From: Prorocentrum cordatum
Taxonomy: Eukaryota
DNA length: 64,000 nucleotides
Direction of reading: 5' to 3'
NCBI GenBank assembly: GCA_963575745.1
Contig: CAUYUJ010000103.1
Span: forward strand, 124,001-188,000
The notes beneath the pieces are model-generated. The model did no database searches. It had not been told where the DNA came from and saw only the letters and a list, made by a program, of their open reading frames with translations. Below are positions 40,201 to 52,822 of the stretch, in pieces; position 1 is the stretch's first letter, and each line of letters begins with the position of its first letter. The position numbers and the translations under genes were made by a program.

Positions 40201-41334
40201 CAAGAAGGCGGGATGTCAAGTCTTGGGGGGATCTAGTAATATCCAGTTCGAAAATTGGAACATATGCGGGGCATATGACATTTTTTCAGAGTTTGATGTT
40301 GTCAGCGAGACCAGAGCCGCCGGGCCCGCAGACAGGCCCAGTTTTGTGGAATAGAAGTAAGCGCCCTTGAGTGCAAACACAGTTTTGGGAAACATGTTTG
40401 TGCATATTGAGGCCCTTTTGCGTGATTCTCTCGGAGCCATCTTTGGCTGGCTTGAGGCCATCTTGGATGTGTTCGAGGCCTCTGTGAAGCACGTCTTACA
40501 CCACGTAGCCAACACAACATAGCTTTAGCGACATCGTTTGCGCCACATAGCTTGCAATTGATAGCTTATACCAGTTAGATTGCAACACCCAGCTTGCACC
40601 ACACCACCACGCAACTTGCACCACACAGCTTGAACATCCACTGTGCAATGACTTCCTGCCTGCGGCCCAGGCTGGCAAACATGTATGCTTGTGTAAATTG
40701 TCGTTTTGCTGTTTCGGAGGTGAGGAGGGAACGAAGGGAGCGTTTGAGGAGTGAAGGAGGGTGAAGGCAGATCGGCACGCTGCCACTCTCGTCGACCCTG
40801 TCGCCCCCGACTGGAGGGCGAGGCGCCTAACGATGGCCCGACGATGGCCCGACGATGGCCTTGTCACGACGGCGCCGAGGTGCCCTCGAGGGCGTCCAAG
40901 ATGGGTGTGAGGACTAGGGGTGTGTGGATATCATGGCGCTTCATGGTTCAATTCTTCTTCTTTCAACACGCTGCCTGCCTCCCCCGTCGTCCACGCACAT
41001 GCCTGAGGCCATGGTGCGCCAAACCCCCTCTGGCTGGCCCCACTCCTCGGTGCACCCGAGGGCCCGATGACCCGCGTTCTGGCCGGGAGGTGGGAGGCGA
41101 CTTTGCAAGATGGCGGCACGAGGTGGTCGCAGGAGCGACGCCAGGTCGGCTCCCTTGTCCCCTACCCCAATTCCTCCGGGATCCGTCCCCCTCCCTCCCC
41201 TAATCCCTCAACCCTCGCGGTTTCCCTGCCCCCTCCTCACGTCGCCCCCTCTCACACTCTTTTCTCTGCCCGCTCCTTGCTCTTCTCTCTGCCCGCTCCT
41301 TCTCCTTCTCCCTTCGACGTCGTCGTCGTCGCCG

Positions 41335-41663
41335 TCGTCATCGTCACAGTCCTGGTCATAGTCATAGGTCATAGTCATAGTCATTGTCATGGTCATTGGC
41401 ATCGTCATCTTTCTCGTCGCCCTGTCACCCTGTCGCCCTGTCGCCCTGTCGCCGTCGCCGTCATACTAGTAATCGCTATCGTAACCGCAACCGCACTCGT
41501 AATCATCATCATAAGTATCAACATCCATCAGCATCATCATCAGCATCATCATCACCACCATCGTCATCATCATCAATATCATCACCATCACTAACATCAT
41601 CATTATTATCATCATCATAAGCATCACCGTCACCATCCCTATCACCATCACCATCACCACCAC

Positions 41664-41698
<35 letters not shown>

Positions 41699-41798
41699 CC
41701 ATCATCATCATCACCATCATCATCACCATCGTCGTTGTCATCATCAGCGTCAACATCATTACCATCATCATCACCACCATCGTCATCATCACTATCAC
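41335..41798. repeat. Degenerate (CAT/CGT)n microsatellite
   Basis: Direct inspection. Confidence 0.9.
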
Positions 41799-41808
41799 TT
41801 GGCTCAAG
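41799..41808 (+). other. Truncated dinoflagellate spliced-leader relic
   Basis: TTGGCTCAAG equals the last 10 nt of DinoSL (DCCGTAGCCATTTTGGCTCAAG), exactly at the microsatellite/LINE boundary. Confidence 0.6.
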
Positions 41809-44800
41809 GCAAATTCCAACGGGCAAGTCCGCGCCTCTCGCGCGCGCCCCTCCCGCGCCCCTGACGCGCAGGTCAGTGCTCGCGACCGCGGGTAAACCGA
41901 GGTATTTCCGGTTCCCGCCCTCGCGAGCACAGCCATGGCGGGGCGTTGCCGAGTTTGCGCGGCCCGTGGACCGCCCTGTTGGGCGGGGACGTCTGCGCGG
42001 CCCACCAGCAGTTCGGCTTGGTCGAGGGCGGCGCGGCGGCGGCAGCCCCAGTTGACTCAGCGGAGAACTCGAGAATGGGCGACGCAGAGTCGGGCCCAGC
42101 CAGCCCATTGCCGCCTTGCAGCTGGCTGGAGCTCCCGCTCCGCCTGGGATGGCGCCGCCTGCAGCTGCAGGAGCGCCAGGCGTGGCGCGGGCGGTCGCAG
42201 AACCGGGTCCGCTGGCGGCCGCGACAGCGCCGGTATCCACCTCGGACTTGGACCACTTGCACGCCTTCCTCGAGGACGAGCTCTCGGCCATTTCGGTGGT
42301 GACAGCGGCGGCAGCCTGCACTGGTCATCAACCTTCACCGCCAGCAGACGGTGAACGCACCTCACCTCTTGGACGGAGCTGTCGGCCGTGCTCCGGCGGC
42401 TGGCCTTTCAGTGTGACGCTCATGATCCTTGGCAGGCGCTGGGTCTATTCACTTTGGAGCGTCCCGCCCCGTCGGTGATGGACTTCGACCGCCGTCTGCA
42501 TCGCGCCCGCACGTTGCTGCCCGTCACGGGCAAGGCCGGCTGGACGGAAGAGGACGCCGACGCCGCGCTCTAGGTGGAGTCACAGTTGGTCTGGGCGCAT
42601 TCGCAGTGCGTTATTCGATTTACCGCGGTCGTGCCCCACGACCTCTGGAAGGAGTTGGGCGTCCCGGGCCTGGAGTTCATCATCAATACCCTGGCGTCCC
42701 TCCACGAGACGGTTATAACGCAGATTTCGGACGTAGTCGGCCTGACACCTGCTCTACACCAACACGGCCGGTTGCTCGACTTTGCCCCTGCTAAGGTACG
42801 GCAGGAAAGACTCGCGGCCTGTGATTTTGATGGGAGGCAGCTGCTGCAATGGTTTTCTCAGGGTGGCCTGGTTGCATGGGCGCCCTCCTCGACCTCGGCT
42901 CTGGGGCGGCTTCAGGCTGCTCTACTGAAGATCCCTGCGTCCATCTTCGAGAGCCGCCCCACCCGCCTGCTCGTACCAATGGCGGTGCTCCCAGGCTGTT
43001 CTACCATGACTGCTATCCGATACCTCTTTTGACACCCAGTTTTTGGAAAGAACTGAGCGCCTCTCATTCGAGAACGAGGTTTTGTTACCCAAGCCCTCCA
43101 GATGCTTGACACGGGGTCCAGCGGCCCGCAACACGTCTCCGAGGGCCTCTTCATCGCCGCCGTGTCGACGCACTTCCCACACCAACTGCCGAAGATGCTG
43201 TCGGTGGCGGGGCCGTTGGCGGAGGTCCGGATGGGCCATGTCCTCTACATGGATTGCCCCACTTCGCACGTCGCCATGGCTTTTGAACGAGTTCTGGCAT
43301 TGGGCGAGGTTTTGCAGCTTAGGGTGGGTCGTAGCGGCCACAGCCCGGGCTCGTCGGAGGCCGCCCCACGCCCCCGCACAGAGCTCCATATGCCACCAAA
43401 CGTAACGGATTTCAGCGTCCAGATGCTGTTGGTGGTCTTCGGGGGCAGGATTGGCCCGCTCCAGTTTTCTTCGCTTCTAGGTCAATCTACTCGGACTCCA
43501 CGGCCCCGTTCCTGGAACTCACAGACCCATCCGCCCTCGGCAAGGTATGCAGTATGCGCAGGGAGTGCCTCTTCTAGTCTGCGACGAAGGCAACGATTCG
43601 CACTGATGCTGGCCCCAGCGATGAGCAAAGGCTGCTGGAGGATATCTGGGCAAGGGAAACGGGGGCAGCGGTGACCATGCTTCGCTGGCGCCATTCTCGC
43701 ATGGGCGACCACTCCATCGCTGCCTCAGCAGCGGCCAAGGAACGCCTCCGCGCAGCACAGCAGCCGTCTGCGGCCCGCCTTGAAACTCAAGGCGGTGGCC
43801 GCTGCATTGCGGACCTCACGACAACGGGCTCCTTCGGTCACGACTTGCAAAAGGCCGTGGGAACCATCATGGCGGTGGTGCTTCAGCACACGGATGTCAA
43901 CATGAAGCACGCGGGCTCATCGATGCAGCTCCGCCTGGGACGTGGCGGCGCACGGCCGCTGATGGCCCGACCGCGGACCCCGGCAGGGCATGCCTCTACC
44001 TCCGCACGGCGGCTGAAACCAGCGCAAACCGGGCAGCCATTCAGGGCGGCGCCATACAAGTGGGGGATGACGTGGTGGTTTTCCAGGTCGCGACCGCTGC
44101 CAGCACGGCCAGGTCGTCCAATCGTCGGGTGGGGGGCCGCTGTGCTGCGGCGGGTTCCCCCCATTGGTGAAGCGGGACCTCTTGGAGCCGGTCGTCCACC
44201 TCCGCCAGCGCCCAGTTCGACAGCGGAGGCGAATTCATGCTTAATTGAGGCCGTCGCCTTGGACGGCGCATCCAGGTACTTCTTCGACCTCGTCATGTCT
44301 AATCGTCGCATTTCTCCACCGCGTGTTCTTTTTCGCGACGTTCCTGTTGGAACTCCAGGCACCGACGCTTTCGAGGCCGCTCCTATATCTCCGTCCTCTG
44401 CGTGCTTCGTATCCGCAAGCTGCCGTTCAGCAGTGGGGCAGCCTGCCGTCGCTCCCGCCGGCGGCCAGCCTCGCCGGCGCCCCCCCCCGCCTCGGGCGCC
44501 CGCCCTGGGCCTCCGTCGCCCGCCCCCGGCCGCATCCGGTGCGCCCGATAGGAGGTTCCCCGCCGTGGGCGACGAGCACGGGGCCATCCGGAATTCGAAG
44601 GCACTTTTCGCGCGGAAACGGCGCCGACATGAGCAGAACAAATCCTATGTCCGTCTTTTGTTGCGGAGCCGGGACTTCGTTGCCATCGCTGATTCCCGTG
44701 GCCTGGAAAGCGAGACGGGGGCTTGGAGTTGCCCTGCAGAGTGCGTCTCGTTGTTGTCTTCAGGCGCGTCCACAAGAGCAGGCGTTGGGCTGATCATCAA

Positions 44801-45030
44801 GAAAACCTTCTTGGGCCAGTTCGAGGCCGCCGAGCCGCGGTGGATCCATTGGGTCCCTGGGAGGACAGCGCTATTGTAACTGAGGGGTACGGCTGGGGCT
44901 CTCGACGCTCGCGTCGTATACTTTGCCACCGGCGCGCCTGGCATGGCGCAGCCCCGGGGCACGGACTGCGCTCTGGCAGCCAGCGTGAGGGAGCAGCGGG
45001 GCCACATGTGGCGCACCCGGTCATCGCATG
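41799..45030 (+). mobile_element. Decayed LINE 5' portion: fragmented ORF1-like region plus start of an APE endonuclease
   Basis: Coding-like fragments 42116-43900 of unknown family; at ~44585-44935 I[R]NSKALF, DFVAIADS[R]G, AGVGLIIKK, PGRTALL*LRG, VYFATG resemble the N-terminal half of an EEP domain; no RT follows. Confidence 0.6.
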
Positions 45031-45711
45031 AACGCATGTTAGATAATCACAAGGTTCGCTTTAGGAAGCGTTTTCAAAGCTCTTGACCCAGCCTCGACTT
45101 TTTGTATCTGCTGCCTGCGATTTGCAGTATCGGCTATAGGCCGCACTTGCACATGCCACAATGCGATGCAGCGCAGAGTGTCCCGCCCCAGAGTTGACGG
45201 CGCCGCTGAGTACATGAAGGCTGCCGTGTCAAGCGTGGATGAAGTCCGCGCCCGTTTCGAGCTCGAGCTTTAGGCCGCGACCCGCCGCCGTCTCCCGCGC
45301 TTGTGGGCGGGGTGCCGCCGCCACCTGGCCCTCGAACCGTCCGAGGGGGTAGCCTTTGGAGTCCTGAAACAGATCGGGCGTGGATGAACGCCTTGGGGTC
45401 TGGCAGGGATCCCAGCTTCCTCATGAGACGGTCGACATCTGGAGATGGGAGCGCAATTTCTATCAGTTTTATGGGTTTGACTGGCTTTTCCAGTTCCGCT
45501 CAGCTCATTAATGGAGAGATACACAGAAGATGTGGGTTGCCGCCAGTAGAATTGCCCCGCCTATTGTGGCCACGAACCATTGCCGTATGACGCCTAACGA
45601 ACGACCGTCGTCGTCGCCGCGGCCGCCGTTGTCGTCGTCGTCGTCGCCATCAGCATCACCATTGTTGTCCCCATCGTTGTTATCGCCCTCAATTTCGCCA
45701 TTGTAATTTTT

Positions 45712-45753
<42 letters not shown>

Positions 45754-46042
45754 TCCGTCGTCGTCGTCATGGTCGTCGTCATCGTCATCTTCATTGGCAT
45801 CGTCATCGCCGTCGTCATCGCCATCGTCATCGCCATCTTCATTCCTGCAGTTTTTCCTCAGGCATCAGGGCCGGGCTTCCCTCCATTGTGCCGTGCTTTC
45901 TGCAGCACAAGGTGGCAATGGTTCCCCGGGCGCGATCGGCCACGGCGACGCGCGCACCGTCGCTCTCGACCCATCGGTTGGTATCATAACGGGAGGAGAG
46001 GGGGTTGAGAGGGCCGAGCGTGTTTTAACGTTTTCGTTTGCG

Positions 46043-46072
46043 CGTGTGTGTGTGTGTGTGTCTGTGTGTGTG

Positions 46073-46104
<32 letters not shown>

Positions 46105-46180
46105 TGTGTGAGAGAGAATGTGTGTGTGAGAGTGAATGAGTGAGTGAGTGAGTGAGTGATTGAATGTGTGTGTGTGTTCG
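46043..46180. repeat. Compound (GT)n-(GCGT)n-(GAGT)n microsatellite
   Basis: Direct inspection. Confidence 0.95.
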
Positions 46181-46786
46181 CGTGTTTTTGCTTCCTGCGG
46201 CGCCCTCGCCGCCGGTTGGTTCGACCCGATTCGATCCGATACTTTCACGATCCGACGCGGCCCAAGGCTCGCTTGATGCCTTCTTCGAATCCTGGCGCAG
46301 CTGATCCGATTCAATTGTGATTAGGTCCAGTCCGACGCACGCCCCGACCCGATCCGATTTCCCGATGCGTCGCCGACAGCTTCTGCCCCGTCGGGTCACG
46401 CGGCTTCGGCCACCCTGGTTTTTCGCAGCTTGCCAACAATCACGCCTTCAGGGCATCAATTCGACTTCCGACTGTCGGTGTTTTGGCTGCGGCCACCCTG
46501 GTACTTTCGCAGTTGCTCGGAATGTGCCTTTGCCCTGATTGCTCGGTTCTGTCCCTGGTCGCGTTTCTTACCGACTTTGACGTTTCCGACGTTCTGCATG
46601 TTTGCACACTGGCAGTGCTTCTCAGTTTCAGCCAGCCCTTCCAAACGCCGGTCCTCCGCTGAGGTGCTGCGTGAGGCCCCGCTTGCTGCTCGGCCTTCGC
46701 TGCTTTAGGTTAATTTAGTCATTTGCGTGGCCCGCTTTTGACTGGACTCGCCGCCGGCGCGCAGCTTCTACCACTTGCATCCTCCC

Positions 46787-46897
46787 GTGTCCCAGCTAGC
46801 CGCCCGACGCCAGGCAAGGATTCTGCTCGGCGCGGTAGCGTTGTGCCTGGCCGCGCGGGTGTGGCTCGCGCCCGCCGCCTTCGCGTCCCCGCCCCAG
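46787..46897 (+). CDS. Putative first exon: signal peptide plus start of plastid transit peptide
   Basis: (V/M)SQLAARRQARILLGAVALCLAARVWLAPAAFASPPQ: basic N-region, hydrophobic core, AF-x-x-P; ends CAG|GC, phase-compatible with the exon at 61590. Start codon is GTG here. Confidence 0.45.
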
Positions 46898-47754
46898 GCG
46901 CGAGTTGCATCGGGGCCAGAGGAGGACGAGGAGGAACAGGAAGGAATGGGGGGCACGGGGGGTGGGGAGGGCGTCGGGGAGGGTGTGAAGGAGGAGGTGG
47001 AAGAGGAGGGGGAGGAGGGGGAGGTGGAGGAGGGGCGCCCGATTCGATGTAGGCCTGGGCGGTTTTGGTGTTTGTTTCGCCTGGACGGTCTCAGCGTTTT
47101 CCAACTTGGCGTCGAGGAAGAAAGAAGAGGAGGAAGAGGAGGAGGAAAAGGAGGAAGATGAGGAGAAAGAAGAGGAGGAGGAAGAGGGGAAGGAGAAGGG
47201 AGGGGGAGGGGGAGAAGGAGGAGGAATACAGATGACGAGGATGATGTTGTTGATGATGATGCTGATGATGATGATGATGATGAGGAGGAGGAGGAGGAGG
47301 AGGAGGAGGAGAGTGTCTGATCAATTCAGTTCGTCCTTTCGATTGCGCTCGTGGCGCCTCTTGTCAAGCCAGATGTAGAGACTCTGTTGTAAATAACAGG
47401 TATTTCAAGTCAGAGGGTCAGCAAGCACTGTAGAAGAAACATGCTTTTCAGTTTTTTTCAGGTTTTGGGGGATCTATGCGCGCCCAGGTGGATAGATGCG
47501 CGCCCAGGTGGATAGATGCGCAACAACCAGAAACACCTGACAAACCTGTTTTTTTACCGTGTTTGCGGACCCTCCGACCTGAAACACCTTTTCTATCAGT
47601 GTTTGCTAATCCTCCGACCGAATGACAGAGCCCCCCAGCGGATGTGGCACGAGCGGGATTCCTCATCTCTCGTCCTCCTCCGTCCTCCTCCTCCTCCTCC
47701 GCCTCCTGCTCCTCCTGCTCCTCTTCATCCTCCTCCTCCTCCTTCTCCTCCTGG

Positions 47755-47770
47755 GCCATTTTGGCTCAAA
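47755..47770 (+). other. Dinoflagellate spliced-leader relic at LINE 5' end
   Basis: GCCATTTTGGCTCAAA matches 15 of the last 16 nt of DinoSL, about 50 nt upstream of the ORF1 ATG. Confidence 0.85.
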
Positions 47771-47818
47771 CTGTTCTTGAGCTGGCCGCGCCCGCCTACA
47801 GACACCGCGTACTCGTGT

Positions 47819-48739
47819 ATGGGCTGCAATTCTCCAGCTTCTGAAGACGAGCTATTCGGCGGAGGGCCGCCTCGTGAAAAGAGAGCCCGCCCTGAAGGGA
47901 CGGACCACCAGCAGCTTCGCGACCTGATGGAAGAGATTTCGGAGAAGACGTCCACCAAGACGGCGGACAAGATGTTGGAGAAGGTCACGGCGGTCGCGAA
48001 GGAGGCTGGTGCTGCGGCGGCAAGGGAGGTTTGCCAACTCCTGGAGCGTCGACTGCGGGCTCTGGACTCCTCGGCCAGTGCTGCTCCTTCGTCTCTCATC
48101 GGAGCGGCGCCCTCGGACCGCACCAACCCATACTCTGGACAAGGAGATTGCCATGTACCAGGATCGATCGAGATCGAGAACTTCGTCACCAACTGGCAGG
48201 ACGCCGACGCGAGCTCCGTCACAGGCACGGCCGCCTGCGGCCACCTCGACTCAATCCTCAACGGTGTGGAGGCGCACGTCCTCGAGCTGGTCGACGTGGA
48301 GAGGACCAAGAAGGCTCTCTCCAGGAAGGCCCTCCACACGAATACCCTTGTCTTCCTCAAGACTCGGAGCAAAGCCAGCTGCTGGACCCTGATGAAAGTT
48401 GTCCAGGCTCGGATCGCCACACTCGACTTGACCGTCGGCTCTCGCGCTCCCATCGTGCACCTCGAGTCGGACTCGAGTTTCGCCATCTACCGCCAGCAGG
48501 CTGCCAAGTTCTACGCCGCGCTGGAGACCATGGGCCTTCAGAAGTCGGACATCAAGTTAGAGTACCCGCCGCGGGGGATCCAGACAATAATCGTGCGCCG
48601 CATCGCGGGCATCACGCACCCCACCAAGCTCGCAGAGTTCACGGCCGCTGCTGGCTGGGGGCTTCAACTTGGTGCGTGGGCCGAGTGGGGCTGCAACCTG
48701 GAGGAACCGGCCATCATGAACCACATCGCCAGCGCCTGA
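47819..48739 (+). CDS. LINE ORF1 (306 aa, intact frame, helical N-terminal region, family unrecognised)
   Basis: ATG at 47819 downstream of the leader relic, GC3-rich coding-like composition, directly upstream of the endonuclease. Confidence 0.7.
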   Translation: MGCNSPASEDELFGGGPPREKRARPEGTDHQQLRDLMEEISEKTSTKTADKMLEKVTAVAKEAGAAAAREVCQLLERRLRALDSSASAAPSSLIGAAPSDRTNPYSGQGDCHVPGSIEIENFVTNWQDADASSVTGTAACGHLDSILNGVEAHVLELVDVERTKKALSRKALHTNTLVFLKTRSKASCWTLMKVVQARIATLDLTVGSRAPIVHLESDSSFAIYRQQAAKFYAALETMGLQKSDIKLEYPPRGIQTIIVRRIAGITHPTKLAEFTAAAGWGLQLGAWAEWGCNLEEPAIMNHIASA

Positions 48740-48789
48740 CGGGTGCGGGGCAAGGCCAGGTTTCTGAGGGCTCGGGCCGCATCGGGGAT

Positions 48790-49575
48790 CAGCATTGTCT
48801 CTTGGAAATAAAGCCCCGATGTGTACGATCCCTGAGATTCTTCATCATATATTTTTCTTTCTTCGGTTCCGATGTTCTCGTGACTCTTCAGGAAGTTAGC
48901 TATTGGAGTGATACCTTGGGAGAGGATGTGCACGTCGGTGGCTGGGAATACTACCATCCAGTGGGCTGTCACGTTGCCATGCTCTGGCCTGCCAGACTCG
49001 CAGTTTTATAAAATGGGGCCGGCGTTTGTGACAAGAGAGAGAGAGTGGCAGGGATGATCTTCGCTGGCCTCTGTGTTCTCACTTGTTACATGCACGACAC
49101 GTGTGATTACGACGTACACGAGTACAAAAACGCTGTTTCAGATCTTATCGATGTTCACCGCTCACTTGTTGCTGCTGCTCCCGCTCCCTGCTCTAACGTC
49201 ATCGTCGGCGATTTCAACATTACCCTACCAGAGATAGAAGGATGTGCAGGAGACCTTGGGCTCGGTTATGACTGGGGGGCTGGGGGCGTCTTGGAACGAA
49301 AGGTCGCTCTCGCCGAAACCATGCGCAAACTCCGTGGCCGCGCTGGCTCCGCCTACTTGGAGGAGGGGCGGCTCCCTTTCACTCGCGTTTCGCACAGCAG
49401 TGGGTTACAGAAGACCCTCGACTACGCCTTTTGCAGTACTAATTTGGAAGCGAAAGTCCTCTTACACAGCCGTGTTCAGTTATTCCTTGGTGGTGGCCTT
49501 CGCGACCCCAACCGATCGGCCTGGAGATTCGCGGCGCCTACCTGCGCAAGGAGTTCGCGGCCAGCTCTTTCGTGA
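48790..49575 (+). pseudogene. LINE APE endonuclease (one in-frame stop at 49009-49011)
   Basis: VTLQEV, TCYMHD, IVGDFN, PFTR, TLDYAF motifs in order in one frame. Confidence 0.85.
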
Positions 49576-50005
49576 CTGGCTGGAGGCCTGAAGGCCCAGA
49601 GGCGGTTGGCCTATCCAGGGCTCGCGTCGAGCGCCAGTCCACGCCCAGGCTGTCAACATTGGATACTCCACCGTTTACTCTCGACGCGCTTATCGCCACC
49701 AACGACCTCCTGGAGTACAACGCCTGGAGTCTGCCATGGTCGAGGCACGAGGCGCGGACGGCTTCCGCGACGCTCGGCAGAAGCTGAGACGTGCTCAGAG
49801 GTTGTGGAAACGCTCGATACTTCGTGAAGCACTTCCCTCTGCTCGTGCTCGATCTCAGAAGCAACGTTACATGCCGACTGCTCTGATCGACCGCAATGGG
49901 CAGCCTCGAGAAGATAGGGAAGATTGGCAACGCATCATCTGGGTTTTTTGTCACAGCACATGCACAAATGAGCTCATGACCAGAGATAGGCGACATTAAC
50001 AGATT

Positions 50006-51985
50006 ATGGACCGCATGAAGCGGGGCGAGCGTGAGGCTGCTTCCGGCACTGATCCTCCGCAGCTCTTCATTTCTCATGTGCATCGCGCTCGCGGTCGACT
50101 CAAGGCTGGCAGCGCCCCTGGCAACGACCAACTGGTCACCGAGATGCTGGTAGGGCTCAGCGCTGGCGCCACGGGGGTGATCTACCAGCTGTTCCTGCAG
50201 CGCTACCTGGGCCTTGACACGGGCCCCATCGCCTCCTGGGCCACCATCATCATGGCGTTCCTTGCCAAGGAGAAGGGCGCCCAGCACTTGTTCCAGTTCC
50301 GCGGCCTCTCCCTGACCAGCGTGCTCCAGAAGTGGTGCGCCAACGCCCTGGTATCTTTGGTGGAGGAAGGCGCAGACAATGCAATGTTCGATCACCTCGG
50401 CAACTTCGGCTTCCAAACAGGCCGCAACTTCTCGCAGCTGACGGGCCCGCTCAGGAATCTCCTTGCGAAGAGCTGGGAATGGCCCGAACTGTTTCCCATG
50501 TGTATCTTCTCGGGAGACGTGCCCCAGCCCTTCGACTACCTATCGCCATCCACCTGCTCTGCTGCGCTGGCCCATCATCACGTGCATGGGCGGCTTGCTG
50601 CAGCTATCCTTCGTGAGGGCATTGATCTTCAACTCCAACCCGTATTTCCTGGGGCCCCAGATCTACCTCCGATGCCCATCTCCCGCTGCGAGAAGACAGG
50701 GGCCACCGACGCCGCCACGAAGTGGACCATGCTATCCGAGATGATATTCGGTGAGCTTCGGGATCGTCGGTCATTTCATGGCTATGAAATTCTCCTGCAA
50801 GACCGTCGTTACTTCAATGTGCAGTGGGCCGGCAACTGGCTACTTCTGGCATCTCAACTATCCGGCCTGCACATCATGATCCAAGAGCTCACGGACGTCA
50901 TTCTCAAATACCAGCTGTTCTGGAAAATCAAGAGCCTTGGGTTCCCGCTGAATGGACCTTTGGACGCATGCCCTGGCTACACTGTGCAAATTCGCGCCTA
51001 CTGGCCTGAGGGCAGTTTCCTGGCAGCCCCTCCCGTTGACGTCTCAGACGTTCAGCTGGTGCCGAACTCCTTGGGCGTGCTCTCTGGCAACTTCATTATC
51101 CCTAGACGGCGGAAAATTGTTGCTCCTCGGCACGGTTATTATTGAGACTGGCGGTTCTAGTGCTGCAGTCGGCCGCCGCATCGGCCAGGCAGCCAAGATG
51201 TTCTTTGGAGACCCGCTTTTTCGCAATAGCTTGTATCGCGAGACGAAAGGATGACTCGCTATGCTGAAGCGGTTCCGCCATGCCTCTTGTACGGAGCTGA
51301 AGGCTTGGCGTGGAACCCGACCTCGATGGGCAAAAGTGAGGCAGCTTGGGGGTTGCGTGCCCCGACGCCTGGTCAGAGCCAAGAGAAGCCTGACGAGCCC
51401 GCTGAGAAGTACTTCGAGCGTGCCACCAGAGTTGCTCGACTGCTTTATCGCGATGCAGTCCACGAGGCCATTGAACTTCGTCTTCTTCACATCATATTCA
51501 ACAGCGCCCCTGCCAAGCAGCTCGGCGTCACCGGGCATGACAAGTTTGTCTCGGATGCCATGAACTCGTACTCAGAGTCATCCTGGCGGGCCCGCTCCAA
51601 GATCAACGCCGCCCTCGAAGCGCGCTCGCCTGGGCCCAAGAGGGCACGGCGGGGGGGTGGCCGCCAGAAACAGCGACAGGGCTGGAGTCGTCGCACCACG
51701 TGGGAGGTCCTTTTCTGCGACTGCTTCGGCAACGACTGGAGGGGCCTGGTCTTCACCAAGTGGACCGGGCTGGAGAACAGGTCCATTGTGTGGTGCCTGG
51801 ACCACCGCGTCGGCATCCAGGGCAAGGCTGCCCTGCGCCTGAGCGAGTTGGCCCAGCAGAGGATAGGACGGGCAAAATTCGATAGGAAACGTCAACGGGT
51901 TTACATTGAGGAGGAGGTGAGGTGGGCAGACTACAGGAGTTACAGGGACGCAGAAGGGACCTCTGGAAAATCCGTGCCCAAGTAA
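50006..51985 (+). pseudogene. LINE reverse transcriptase and C-terminal region (frameshifted, catalytic motif altered)
   Basis: SAPGNDQL, SW..IMAFLAK, FRGLSLTSVLQKW, FGFQTGR, GDVPQPFDYL, QWAGNWLL (expected WAD[DN]), LLGTVI, LLYGAE. Confidence 0.85.
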
Positions 51986-52135
51986 GCTGTGCAACAAACC
52001 AAACATCCGAGTGGACATTAAGGGGGGCAGCTCGACCATCATAAACTGGATACGGGGGGTTCAGAAGTTCAGCATACACACGCACATGAACAGAATCGCC
52101 TGGGCCCAGATTTTCCCCCACACGATCTTCAGGGA
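51984..52135 (+). pseudogene. Partial RNase H-like segment
   Basis: Shifted frame reads IRVDIKG[G]SSTIINWIRG, resembling the GDS..(V/I)NW..G motif of RNase HI-type domains; homology stops at ~52135. Confidence 0.4.
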
Positions 52136-52800
52136 CTGTCTTAGGGACTGAGTTAGGCACCGATAGGTGTAGGGACTGAGTTCGGGGCTGAGTTAGGGGC
52201 TCCTAGGTACGTGATACCTAGAGCTGTAGGGATTGACTGGTGTAGGCACGTTCTTAGAGAAGGTAACAAGCTAGCCGGCGCTAGGGCCACTAAGGGGGTC
52301 CTGGGTCGGATCCGTTTTATTATGAAAATCGCGGTGTTTCCCTGGCCGCCCTGGTTCCCAAGAAGGGACCTGTGAAACTCCGCTGCTCCTTCGACGGGGG
52401 CGTGCGGGACGGCGTTGCTGGTGTTGGGTATGTTGTTGAGCTCTTAGGCCTCCTCGGACTCTAGCTTAGGAATTCTGTGTGTTGGAGGAGGCTCCGTCGA
52501 CAGCTGCTCGGTCACATATGCCGAGCTCAAAGGCGTGGAGTGCGCCATGGCGCCCTGTTCCGCCTGGCCATGACACACCGGAGCAGGCGGGCTGACTTGC
52601 AGCTCTAGCCTTCCCTTTTCCTCTCTGCTCATGCTGCCTGCGCGACCCGCGCGAGCCTGGCCTCAACTCGACTCGTCCTCTCCCTGCTCCTCTTCTCCCT
52701 CCTCCCCCTGCTGCTCCTCCTCCTCCTTCTCGTCAGCGGGCGCCCCTTTCTTTGGGTTCCCCATGGTGTCGCGCAGCACGGAGCGCGGAACCAATCAAAC

Positions 52801-52822
52801 CTTGACCCAAAGCGGTTGCGGA
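52801..52822 (-). other. Degenerate full-length spliced-leader relic (copy 1)
   Basis: TCCGCAACCGCTTTGGGTCAAG, 17/22 identical to DinoSL, ungapped. Confidence 0.6.

Larger units (their letters stand above)
47755..52672 (+). mobile_element. Near full-length decayed LINE (ORF1; APE-RT-partial RNase H ORF2)
   Basis: Inserted in a (CCT)n tract whose continuation resumes at ~52675 (compare the uninterrupted copy at 53530-53900); ends ..AACTCGACTCG. Confidence 0.85.

Noticed and set aside
45030..45590. Possible continuation of the truncated LINE or a separate gene
   Set aside because: No recognisable motifs in any frame.
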